Of a stretch of DNA of 42,626 bases, positions 13,008-23,758 are shown in pieces. Both the position numbers and the translations under genes were made by a program. The DNA lies in contig NC_068985.1 of the NCBI RefSeq assembly GCF_001194135.2, forward strand, positions 119,755,234-119,797,859, in the 5' to 3' direction. The notes below the pieces were generated by a model. That model searched no databases and was not told the origin of the DNA. It saw nothing but the letters and a program-made list of their open reading frames with translations. Source of the stretch: Octopus bimaculoides (lineage: Eukaryota). Every line of letters begins with the position of its first letter. Position 1 is the stretch's first letter.

Positions 13008-13220
13008 CGAGTCGGTGACTGGCAGAATCGCTAACAAGCCAGGCAAAATGTTTAGTATCATTTCGTCCGTCTTTACATTCTGAGTTCAAATTCCACGCAG
13101 TCGACTTTGCTTTTTATCCTTTCGTGGTCGATGAAATAAGTATCAGTTGAGCACTGGGGGCGATTTAATCGACTTACCCCTCCCCAAAATTGCTGACATT
13201 GTGTCAAAATTTGAAACCGA
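13008..13220 (+). mobile_element. tRNA-headed SINE, family 2 (Nin/Deu-like central domain)
   Basis: tRNA-like head (GAGTTCAAATTCC B-box) plus core GTCGACTTTGCxTTTxATCCTTTCGxGGTCGATxAAATAAGTA. Further copies at ~8310-8375(-), 9560-9735(+), 19955-20182(-), 27885-28045(-), 35375-35500(-), 35668-35868(+), 36045-36426(-, two) and 41795-42150(+, two). Confidence 0.85.
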
Positions 13221-13431
13221 TATGATATTCATGAAACTGCTTTTGCCCATTTGTAAAAAAACGTAAACTTATATTGGGTGAGTGTAAATAAAACAATGTA
13301 TAGTTACCTGTTGTCTTGATCGAAAGACACACTACTCTATGCAAGCTCATTTAATTCACAATTTGGTTTAACTTTAGACCAGACTCTCCAGCCGTCTGGC
13401 CCTGCCGAATTAAAGCTCTGGTATAGTTCAC

Positions 13432-13755
13432 AGGTTGAGGCGTGTGGCTTAGTGGTTAGGGTGTCAGCATCATGATTGTAAGATTGTGGTTTCGATTCGT
13501 GGACCGGGCGACGCGTTGTGTCCTTGAGCAAAACNNNNNNNNNNGTAAGATTGTGGTTTCGATTCGTGGACCGGGCGACGCGTTGTGTCCTTGAGCAAAA
13601 CACTTCATTTCACGTTGCTCCACTCCACTCAGCTGGCAAAAAAGAGTAACGCTACAATGGACTGGCGTCCCGTCCAGTTGGGGAACACATACGCCATTGA
13701 AAACAGGAAGCCGGGCCCATGAGCCTGGCTAGGCTTTAAAAGGGCGCATTTATTT
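13432..13755 (+). mobile_element. tRNA-headed SINE, family 3 (V-SINE/Meta-like core)
   Basis: GTGGCTTAGTGG A-box, GGTTTCGATTC B-box, TGTGTCCTTGAGCAAAACACTT core and ATGGACTGGCGTCCCGTCCAG. Interrupted by a 10-N scaffold gap with a duplicated overlap. Confidence 0.8.
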
Positions 13756-14119
13756 ATTATATAGTTTACAGAAGAACAATTCTTTCTGTGTATCTCATTG
13801 TAACTCTTTTACTTGCAGGTAAACATGACATTGTTTTCAAAGCTGGAGCTAGGCTCCACCTAGTTAAAAAAACCTGAAACAAGCCGTATGCTACGATGGA
13901 AACCTTGGGATTTTAACAATAGTAGAAAGTTGGATGTCTGAAGGATATAGTATTGACTCTATGATTTTATGAATTGCTCCAGTTGGAAAAATCAGCACCT
14001 ATGAGTTTTTCATGGCCTCTAGGCTGGAACAGAAAAACTATTCTCATAGCAGAGACCTGGATGAAATATTTTCAACAAAGCCGACCCTACTAAAGGCATT
14101 CAGTCTGTTATCTTTTCCT

Positions 14120-14415
14120 TATATCAGTCATTGGACTGCAGCCATACTTGCGTACCGCCTGAAGGGCTTAGTCGAACAAATCCATCCAAGTTTTTTAAAG
14201 TTTAGTACTTTATCGTCTGCTTCGAGACCCACTATTCCAAGTAAAAATATGTAAGCAGCATATCTACCAAAGTTGGTCCAAGTTAATTCAGAAGGCATTG
14301 CTTGGTCCAGAGCTATAATAGAGGACTTTTGCCCAAATTCCACGCAATGGGACTGAACACGAAACCATGCGTTTGCAAAATTGAACTTCTTAACCACACA
14401 GCCATTTCTGTGCCT
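14120..14415 (-). mobile_element. Internally deleted SINE family 1 copy
   Basis: Tail piece CAGTCATTGGACTGCAGCCAT and head GGGACTGAACACGAAACCATG...ACCACACAGCCA. Confidence 0.65.
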
Positions 14416-15280
14416 ATGATAAATTTAAGGTGCTAAACTAGGTAATGGATTGAGTCTGCAATTCATAAACAGTTATATTCCAACCTGTGGGCTTTCACAC
14501 ATTCTCAGTTTCCATCTACATTACTTTATTAACAAATTTCTTAATCGCTGGGCCATGTGAGGAGCCTGAATGTCTGATGTGTGACAACCCTCATCTTTGT
14601 AAAATATCTTCTGTGAATACATCCACTGTTACACGGACATCTTAGGCCACGAGAAATTCACAGATTATAAAATATTTTCAAAAAAATCTATGCGAATCCA
14701 ATCTCAGCTTGTCTATGCATCATGATGATGCTTGTTAATGCTGAAAGAACACATCCCAAAGCGAAAACACTCATACGAAATAAAAAAAAAAGAACAAAAA
14801 AACAGCTATTTGTGTGTGACGTAGAAGATGAGATATGAGTTTGATTTCTGGTAATTCTTTTCTCAGACAGATCTAAAATAAGGATGAAAAAAAAAAGAAG
14901 CAAAATCGAAAATACATTAAAGCAAAAGAATGAAACGGAAGAACATGAAGAAAAATAAACATAAACAAAATTAAAGAATGCTTGATCTTTATCATGGTTA
15001 TTGTTTCTTCTAAGTAGCTTAATTACATCGCAGATCTTCACCAGGATCTTACGATGGTAGTGGGATATAGAAAAAAGTAGTTTTGTGCAAATCGGTTAAT
15101 ATATTTGTTTGGTCTTAACATTGTGTATTTCTTTTTTTCTGATAAATCACATTATTAATTCATCTCATTGAGTGAAGAGGTAAACATCATATATAACACA
15201 CGCTCATGCACACACTCACACACACACACACACACACATACACATATATAAACACACACAAACACACACGCGCGCACAAT

Positions 15281-15318
<38 letters not shown>

Positions 15319-16062
15319 TATACATGTAAGCACTCACATAAAACATACATATGCACACATAGAAACAAAGAAGCATGCTAAAAAATGGTCTTGTTTCTCG
15401 AAGAATTAATAGTATATTTTTTACCAGTTCTTTATGTGAATTGTCCATCTAGTATACTTTTTCAGATATAAAATTACAGTCAGGAAGTGAGGTAGCAAAG
15501 TGGTTAACGCTTCATGTACAACACGCTAGTCCACATATCCTTTGCTTTCTAGTTGTTACATTCCGAGTTCAAATTCTGACGTTGGTCATATTAAGGCTAC
15601 TCTTCACACAACTAAGAGAAAGAGTCGAGACCGATAACAACAGCTGCTTGTTTCTGCAATCCGAGATACGTCCCATCATATTTACACAATCCATGGGCTT
15701 TGATATTGGGGGTCTCTGAAGAGCAAACACAATGCGGCTTCGCACTCACGACATTTTCTCGTCTATATTCAAAATCACTCTCGAATGGTTACGAGGTTCC
15801 AGAACACTTGAAACCACCTTAGTCAACAAAGAAATGCTGACGATGACAATAACTGCAATGCAGTTCATGAGTTGAGATAACTCTATATGACTTCATGGGA
15901 CTGTACGCTGGTTTGAAAGGAGATGCATTTTTAATTACCTACTGATATGTGTGTGTGATTGTTCAGTTTCATTTCAAGAATTCTTGCCAATAGAAAAAAA
16001 AGCCCGTTTCTAATCAAGATCCAACGTTCCTTCATTGGAATTTAAACACCAACAGGGTATTT

Positions 16063-17216
16063 TTGTATGTATGTATGTATGTATGTATGTATGTATGTAT
16101 TTGTGCAGATTTGTATGTTTTACTTGTATGTATTCTCAGGCATATAGTTGCATATTTACACATTCTCATACATATATATATAAATGATAAACTTCTGGAA
16201 AGTTGTACAGATCTTTACAGTTCCCGTGATGAATTGGATCTGTAGTCTTCGAATTAGCTTTCTCCTTTCTGGTTTTGAGAAGCCTAATTTCTCAAAATTA
16301 GTATTTAGGCAGTGTGTTACATATACCAAGGCTCCAATAATAACAGCTATAAACCAGAATTTGTAATCTGGATAGATTAACTGCACATTTCTCAATAGTT
16401 CAACGTAGGTATTCTCTTTTTCACTGATCTTCAACTTTATATTAACATCCGCCGGGTCGCTAATTTCCACAACTGTACACAGTTTCTCTTCTCTACCTCA
16501 AATCATTATATCAGGTCTGTTGTGCTTACATTTTATAAAGGTCTTCACTGGAACATTCCACCAGTACTCCTTTTTATTATTAGTGGCCCTGGCTTCTACC
16601 ATACTGTGTTCTTATTTCTTTGTCCTAGGGATTATCCTTTCAACGGACTTCTTTATAGAGTGTCCTAGCTACAACATCATGTCTCATCGGTAGGTAATAC
16701 CGTGATGATATTTTCGGACAACTGCTTATGATGTGGGTGATATCTTCGATGTCAACTCCACAAAGTCTGCATCGGATGTCACATTTTACTGCTTTTCCTG
16801 CATTTCTATCCCTTTTGTGCATCAGGTACTTAGTCGATACTTCCTTTCCTGGATTTCAAACGTATACTCTTCAAATGGGGAGGTAGTAATCCGGCAATTG
16901 GTCCATGAAAGACTGCTTCGATGATCAACGTTACTATCACCTCCCAGGTTTCTACATAGTCTTCTTCACATATAGGCTCGTCCTTTCATCTGACATGTTG
17001 CGGTAGAATCGTGCGACTTCTTTGGGCACGCATTGTAGGTTATCAGACAATAAATGTTGCTTAAGGAGCTGCCTCCCAAGTCTTATGATGTTATCAGCCT
17101 CATGTAAGCAAACTTGGTCAAGGGATTCACTTCAACACTTGGTCGTTAAAAGATGTTGCCGAAGGGATATGATACGGCATTCAAAGGCATTTGGGATCGA
17201 TATTAAACCTCTGCCA
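16063..17216 (-). mobile_element. 5'-truncated R4/Dong-clade non-LTR retrotransposon with restriction-like endonuclease (copy A)
   Basis: GRGL (RT thumb) ... VDHRSSLSW ... CRLCGVDIEDITHIISSC (CCHC knuckle), RHDVVA, WWNVPVKT..HNRPDIMI, VVEISDP, EKENTY, IIGAL (PD-(D/E)xK). Short 3' UTR, then (TACA)n. Several stops and frameshifts. Confidence 0.92.
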
Positions 17217-17451
17217 TGTATGCATGCATGCATGCATGTATGTATGCATGTATGTATGTATGTATGTATGTATGTATGTATGTATGTATGCATGTATGTA
17301 TGTATGTATTTATACATGTATGTATGTATCTATGTATTATATGAGTATGTGTATGTGCAAGTGTGTGTATGTGTGCATAGGCGAAGAAGAGTGAAGGGTT
17401 GTTAGAAGTTTTGCCGACAGCGAATGACAACAGCTCTCTTGGAATATGTTG

Positions 17452-17509
<58 letters not shown>

Positions 17510-17570
17510 GTATGTCTGTCTGTCTGTCTGTCTATGTATGTATGTATGTATGTATCTATCTATCTATCTA
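17216..17570. repeat. (TGTA/TGCA)n and (TCTA/TCTG)n microsatellite block
   Basis: Direct reading. It separates Dong copy A from Tx1 copy A. Confidence 0.9.
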
Positions 17571-18705
17571 AGGAACGAAGGTGTTGGAGCCGCGTGAGAG
17601 ACCCGGGTGGCGGAGGCGCAACAGGGCAACAAAACCACCATTCGGTCTCTGGTGGAACAGGGGCGCGAACTGCTCCAGCCAAGCAAAATGTGTGAGGCCT
17701 TTCAGCGGCACTTTGCTCGACTGTTTGGGACGAGTGGCGAGCGAGAACGCAGGGTGGACTTCAGTGCCTACCTGCGTAGCCTGAGACGACTCTCGGCAAG
17801 AGAGGCGGAGTGCTGCGAAGGTGCCATCACGGCGGCGGAAGTGAGGGACGCGATGGCGGGATGCTCGAGGGACAAATCTCCGGGTTTGGATGGTCTGCCC
17901 TACGAGCTTTACAACTGTAAGCCAGACTTGTTNNNNNNNNNNACAAATCTCCGGGTTTGGATGGTCTGCCCTACGAGCTTTACAACTGTATGCCAGACTT
18001 GTTTGGAGACGTCTTGGTGGCGGTGTACTGCAACTGGCAGCAGAACGGGAGCATTCCCGGTTTTGTGAGCCGAGGAGCCGTAACGCTGCTGAAGAAAGTT
18101 CTAAACAAGGGGGTCGTCTTAGATAACTTTAATCCTATCACTCTGCTCAATGCAGACCTGAAAATTTTGGCCAAGGTGTTAGCCAAGCGGTTGGCGCTTG
18201 TCATGGAGAAACTGGTCGGCAAGACGCAAACGTGCGCCGTGCCGGGCAGGAGCATCCATGACAACCTCCATCTGATGCGCTACACCATAGAGCGGCTAGT
18301 TAAGGAACCTGGCATGGATGGGACCCTGATCAATTTAGATCAATGGAAATCTTTCGATAGGGTAGACCATCAATACAATGTTTTCATAGCGGCCGGCTTC
18401 AGTCCCATTTATCGCGGCTGAATAGCTGCCTTGTTTGGAGACGTCTTGGAGAACTGGGACGAGATAACGCGAAGGGTGGCCACACTACTCCGTCATCTAC
18501 TACTTCCTGACCGTCGTTCCTTTTCCCGAACCTACCATCACCAAGCTGGAGCGAATCCTCTTCCGCTTCTTGTGGAAAGGAAGCGTTCCGATAGTTAGGC
18601 GATCTGTTTGCTGCGAACACCCGTTAAAAGGACAGGGCATGTCGTGGTTGATGATGCGCAGACACGCACGGAGACTGAAACATCTCCGGCTCTACGTATA
18701 CAACG
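17571..18705 (+). mobile_element. Decayed Tx1-clade LINE (GC-rich family), copy A, RT region with internal deletions
   Basis: EGAITAAEV..DKSPGLDGLPYELY, PITLLNADLKILAKVLAKRL, QTCAVPGRSIHDNLHLMR, NLDQWKSFDRVDH, then FLWKGSVPIVRRSVC..MSWLMMRRHARRL. Confidence 0.93.
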
Positions 18706-19195
18706 GCACTCAGTGACAATCTCCTGTTCCGAGATTGTAAACGCAAAGCCTTCAAAGTGTGATGTGTTGTAGTAGTCTTGTGTCCAAGTGAAGCTACGTT
18801 TCGTGTCAATTCTACAGTTTTCGTCAAGCTTCCGGGCAACATACCCATGCATAGACTATTTTGTATGATGAGTGCTTTCCATCTGGGTCTTCTCTGTGGT
18901 AAGAGAGCCCAGCTGTTTTGGGGCTGTATAGGAGATCATCAGGGAGAGAATGCTTCTTGAGGAGATCGCTGCCAACTCGTATTATGTTGCTCACTTCACT
19001 TTTCAGCATCGCATTTATGTATTTATTTTTGTTGCTGCTGTTTAGCAGGTGCTACCTCAGTGATACCATACGGCATGCGAAGGCCGTCTGCACTGATCTT
19101 AAGCCTCTACTGCCTTCATTTCTTCTTAGGTAGAGCCTGTCAACATCACTGCTTCTGTGCCTGTTCCCAGTTGTCAGGATTTTGCAGGTTTTTTT
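18706..19195 (-). mobile_element. R4/Dong-clade fragment (copy B, different subfamily)
   Basis: KTCKILT..SDVDRLYLRRNEGSRGL, MHGYVARKLDENCRIDTKRSFTW, SHFEGFAFTISEQEIVT. Collinear with but divergent from copy A. Confidence 0.85.
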
Positions 19196-19409
19196 ATGTA
19201 TGTATGTATGTATATTTGTGTGTGCGTGTGTGCGTGTGCGTGTGTGTGTTTGCGTGTGTGTATAACGAAATCGCAGATATACCCATAGTGACGAGTGGTT
19301 CATGGTGGAGACTATTTAAAACATTTTTATTTTATCTCTAATTAGTAACAGTTAACCTTGGTCTAAACAACAGCAACAACAACAGTCACTATTTTTTAAA
19401 TTCTTTTAT

Positions 19410-19835
19410 TCTTTTACTTGTTTTAGGCATATGACTGTGGCCATGCTAGGCTAGAACACCAGGAGTTATTTCTTGAGCCTAATACTTATTCTATCAGTCC
19501 TTTTGTCGAACCGCTATATTACGGGGACGTAAGCACACCAACACCGGTTGTCAAGCGGTGATGGTGGAAAATGCAGACACAAAGATACACACAGATACAC
19601 ACACGTGTGTGTGTGCGTGTATATGTGTGTGTATGTGTGTGTGTGTGTGTATGTGTGTGTGTGTGTGTGTACGACGGGCTTCTTTTAGTTTCCGTCTACC
19701 AAATCTACTCACTAGGCTTTGGGCAGCCCTAAGTTATAGTAGGAGACACCTGCCCAAGGTGCCACCCAGCAGGACTGAACCCAGAACCATGTGCTTTGGA
19801 AGCAAGCTTCTTACAACACAACAACACCTGCGCCT
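19410..19835 (-). mobile_element. SINE family 1, full-length diverged copy
   Basis: Aligns end to end by eye with 797-1204. Confidence 0.85.
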
Positions 19836-21226
19836 ACTGCCGATTCTATTTTTATGCAATCATTAAATTAAATATTTTACCAGAGAAGTCTATTTATTAG
19901 ATTGTACTTGACTGACACTTATTTTATTGATCATAAAATGTAGAAGAACGGAACAAGATATCGGTTTCAAATTTTGGCACAAGGCTACCATGTTCGCGGG
20001 AGGGGTTAAGTCGATTACATCGACCCCATTGCTCAACGGGCTCTTATTTCACCGACCGCGAAAGGATGAAAAGCAAAGCAAACTTCAGCAAAATTTGAAC
20101 CCAAACATAATGACGGACGAAATGCCGCTAAACCTTTTGCTCGGCATGCTAATGATTCTGTCTGGTCACCGCCTGAGATGTTAACACGATATTGCATCAT
20201 ATTTTGTCCAGCACTCAAAAGATATTTTTACTCTCCGACCTGCTTTAAATTTAATTATTAAAACAAAAATAATTTTATTATTTAAAACAATCTCGTTTCT
20301 TTCTATTATCTTTATTATTCATCCGTGATATGTTGCATGACGTATTTATTAGTTTGTTTCCGTGGTTGAGTTATTTGTTGTTCCTTTTTCTTAGATGAAG
20401 CAGAAATGGTTGTGTTCTTGAACTTGGCACAGACATCCAAAACAAATGGGGGAAACAATGAATGCCTTGTTATTTCGAAATCAAGAGGCCTGCTTGAAAC
20501 AGAGCTCACTCTCTCCAAGGGCCAGGTGGTTCTACTAAACCACACTCGATAATCCTGGAATTCAATCACCGTGGTGTTACCAGTATTATTGTTCGACGAT
20601 TGGTCAGCCTTGATTTACGTGGCTTTGAGATCAATACTCCGAATATAACTAACACGTCTTGGTTTTCGTTGACATATTGTAGCTCTCTGTATGCATAAAA
20701 ATATCAGGGAATTTCGTCGTTCCCGTGTATGACACAAGCTTGCAACATGACGGATATTTAACTAATACTTTTAGCAGGTCATGCGACCGCAAACAAATTT
20801 CCTTCCCTAGTCATAAGGTGTTGTAGAGCATGTTGTTCACTATCTTATATATATTTGTGGAAATATACTAATACACTCAATTAACTGATTATTGATAGAA
20901 AATCATTATTGACAGAAAAGCATTATACGTAATATGTAAATTTAGTATAAGTTTGCTTATGCCTTTTCTATCTTCTCTTCTATTCCAGATAGTGTTGATC
21001 TATGTGATTTTACTAATATGCTTTTCATACCCACCACGCTGTGATAATCTTGAACTGATATGTGTTTACAACTTTTTAATTTAACAAAGATTGTCTCGAT
21101 TGTAATTATTACAAGGTAGACAATCTTTAGCGGGATTAGAAATGTGTATTTGAAATTAAGGAATAAGGAAGAATACACATCGAAGAAATGGGTGTGTGTA
21201 TGTGTATGTGTGTGTATGTGTGTGTA

Positions 21227-21257
<31 letters not shown>

Positions 21258-22393
21258 ATTTGCCAACTTGTTACATAGTTATTTTGAATTCAATCATTAA
21301 ATAGGAACAGTTCTCTTGTGAAAAAAAACACGGTTTGATAAATAGTGGTAATTCATATATTGGCTAGGAGTATTAATTTTTAATTAATGTTATTTTTATG
21401 TGGTATATATAGCATATGACGATGGACTTTAGAGCGCTGGGTTGACTGAATCAGTCGAGTGACATGAAAGACTCCTTACGGGTTTTTAGTTCTGAGTTCA
21501 AATCATGCCGAAGCTCATTTACAGAGTTGGCACTCATTCACCAGTTACGAGATCTCTGTAGAGGGGGAAAAAAATACCTTCTAAACTATAGTTCCATATA
21601 GACATTATTCATATTTCTTTACTATTCCTTCCCTACTCCACTGAGTATTTCTGATCTGATAATAAAGTTTCAACATAGAAAACGGTCACAGATTTTGTTT
21701 TTCACTTCTTTTAATCATTCGATTGCAGCAGTTATTTTAAAATCGGGTACTTATTCTATCTGGCTCTTTTGCCGAATCATTAGGTTGCGTGAACGAAACC
21801 AAACTAACACACACACATACACGCACATGTGAGTGTATGTATATACGAGGGGCTTCCGCATAGTTTCTGTTTAACAAACTTACTCACAAAGTATTAATTG
21901 GTCCCGGGCTATAGCTGTAGACACAGTGAAATTGAAAGCGGAAACTATATGGTGGCAATGGAAGCTTCTTAACAGCACAGTTATGCCTGTGTTTGTATTT
22001 ATGTATAGCTATGAAATATATTTATACATTGCCACAATAGTAGCGGTTTACATCAAATCAACTCAACGTCATATTTCAGTTCTTAAAAATTAGTAAATAA
22101 TCCATTAATTCATATAAAAGACAGAAAATCTTGCCTGAGCAAAACGTATTTGTGTATACAAATTTTTAGTTACTTATATACCAGACACGAAATAATTAAA
22201 TCCTCTGAGTATAAATTTTTTAGACATCAGGATTTTTATTTTAATCCAATTATTATCTTATATTATTTATGCTTTCAATTTATTTATTCATTTATTTATA
22301 TTGATCTTTCGTATTTAATTTTAGAAACTATTAGATTATTCACGTATTAATAATTCCTACGCAAGTTGGTACTGAATAAGCTAGCGTAATATG

Positions 22394-22436
<43 letters not shown>

Positions 22437-23189
22437 ATTTTTATCATGTACTTTTATCATATTTATGCATACATACTTATATACACATGCAAATACGCAA
22501 ACACACACATACATATATATACAATATATACAAACGTACATACATACATATATGCCTGTGTATGTGCAGGAATAAATACATCACAATTATGACAAAAATA
22601 TATCTTTTGTGAAAAGCGAACAGTAGCAGAGTTTAATAAATATGACAATGAAATTATCCGGTTTAACACCAAAAGATATAATTATATAAGAGTACACCTG
22701 AAACCTAAAGTCACTTCAAAATTTAAAACAAAGTTATTTGATGTATTCTACATCTACAACAATAATGTATTCTATACCTACTTCTAGTATGGTATTTATT
22801 ATAGCACTTAGATGTTCACAGGAGTGTATAGATATGTGATGACTTCATCAAAAAAATAATACTTCCTTTATTGCCCACCAGGGCTGAAAACTAAACGTAG
22901 TGAACGATACACAGACGAGGGACAGTGAGGTTAAACATATAAAAAGCAAGCTCGATTAACAAAGAGATCAAATCAACAATATGCTTCCCTAATAGGGAGT
23001 GGGGGGAGTTCCACCGTAAGGTGACCAAAGAGGCTTCATGTACTTTGGACCCCTTAACACCAACGGTTCCTCAGAAAAGCCCCCTCTCTTCTCCCTTCCA
23101 TCCGGCCTACAGGCGCACACCTAGAGTAAGCCCATTCACGCAGGCCATTCTTTTCACATTCACTCACCTTTCAACGAACTTACCGGGTG

Positions 23190-23222
23190 ATAATTAATTC
23201 GTTTTATTGGCCACAAGGGCTA
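23190..23222 (-). mobile_element. 33-bp 3'-terminal fragment of another Tx1 subfamily inserted into Tx1 copy B
   Basis: Identical to 28075-28107 and interrupts the ERKV/SPGKF coding sequence. Confidence 0.8.
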
Positions 23223-23275
23223 CCTTCCTCTCCAGTGTCACTTTCCTTTTCAGATGGAACCTGAAAAAGTGAATC

Positions 23276-23758
23276 GGTAGAGATGGACTATATGTAATCT
23301 GAACCTTTCCCCACCTTATTTATTAATTTTTTTTACGGAATCCCACGTTTTAGGCTATGGAGATTCCGATTCTGAAAAAAAATGTTTTGAAAAATTTCAA
23401 TTCCCCCCCCCCCCACCAAGCAGGCTATTTACATGCTAGAAATAACAGCCAAATCTCACAAAACTAGTGTTAGGGTTAGGTTTAGGGTTAGGGTTAGGGT
23501 CAGGGTTAGGGTTAGGGTCAGGGTNNNNNNNNNNNNNNNNNNNNNNNNNNNNNNNNNNNNNNNNNNNNNNNNNNNNNNNNNNNNNNNNNNNNNNNNNNNN
23601 NNNNNNNNNNNNNNNNNNAAATTTTGAAATTGAGATTTTTGAAAATTCTTTTCCAGAATCGGATTCTCCATGGTCTGAAACATAGGATTCCGTAAAAAAA
23701 AAAACAAAATTTAAAAGGGGCGGGGGTATACCCAGATTACATATACTCCATCTCCACC
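23276..23758. mobile_element. Non-autonomous foldback DNA transposon with GG termini, 8-bp TSD and internal (TTAGGG)n array
   Basis: Inverted arms of ~130-140 bp start GGTAGAGATGGA / GGTGGAGATGGA. TSD AGTGAATC at 23268-23275 and 23759-23766. Removing the element restores the Tx1 reading GLIHFF. Confidence 0.93.
23470..23524 (+). repeat. Interstitial telomeric repeat (TTAGGG with TCAGGG/TTAGGT variants), running into a gap
   Basis: About 9 units visible before the N gap at 23525-23618. Confidence 0.95.

Noticed and set aside
13438-13510. tRNA genes at SINE heads
   Set aside because: A/B boxes are present but continue into SINE bodies; no complete cloverleaf.
13474-13605. Apparent ~60-bp direct duplication inside SINE family 3
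   Set aside because: The copies sit either side of a 10-N gap; typical unmerged contig overlap.
17872-17990. Apparent tandem duplication of the KSPGLDGLPYELY segment in Tx1 copy A
   Set aside because: Flanks a 10-N gap; scaffolding overlap artefact.
20395-20525. Candidate plus-strand exon after a strong polypyrimidine-AG acceptor
   Set aside because: Weak donor (GTGGTT) and an unrecognisable peptide.
23470-23524. True chromosome end or fusion site
   Set aside because: The array is enclosed by inverted arms with a TSD, and LINE coding sequence continues on both sides.
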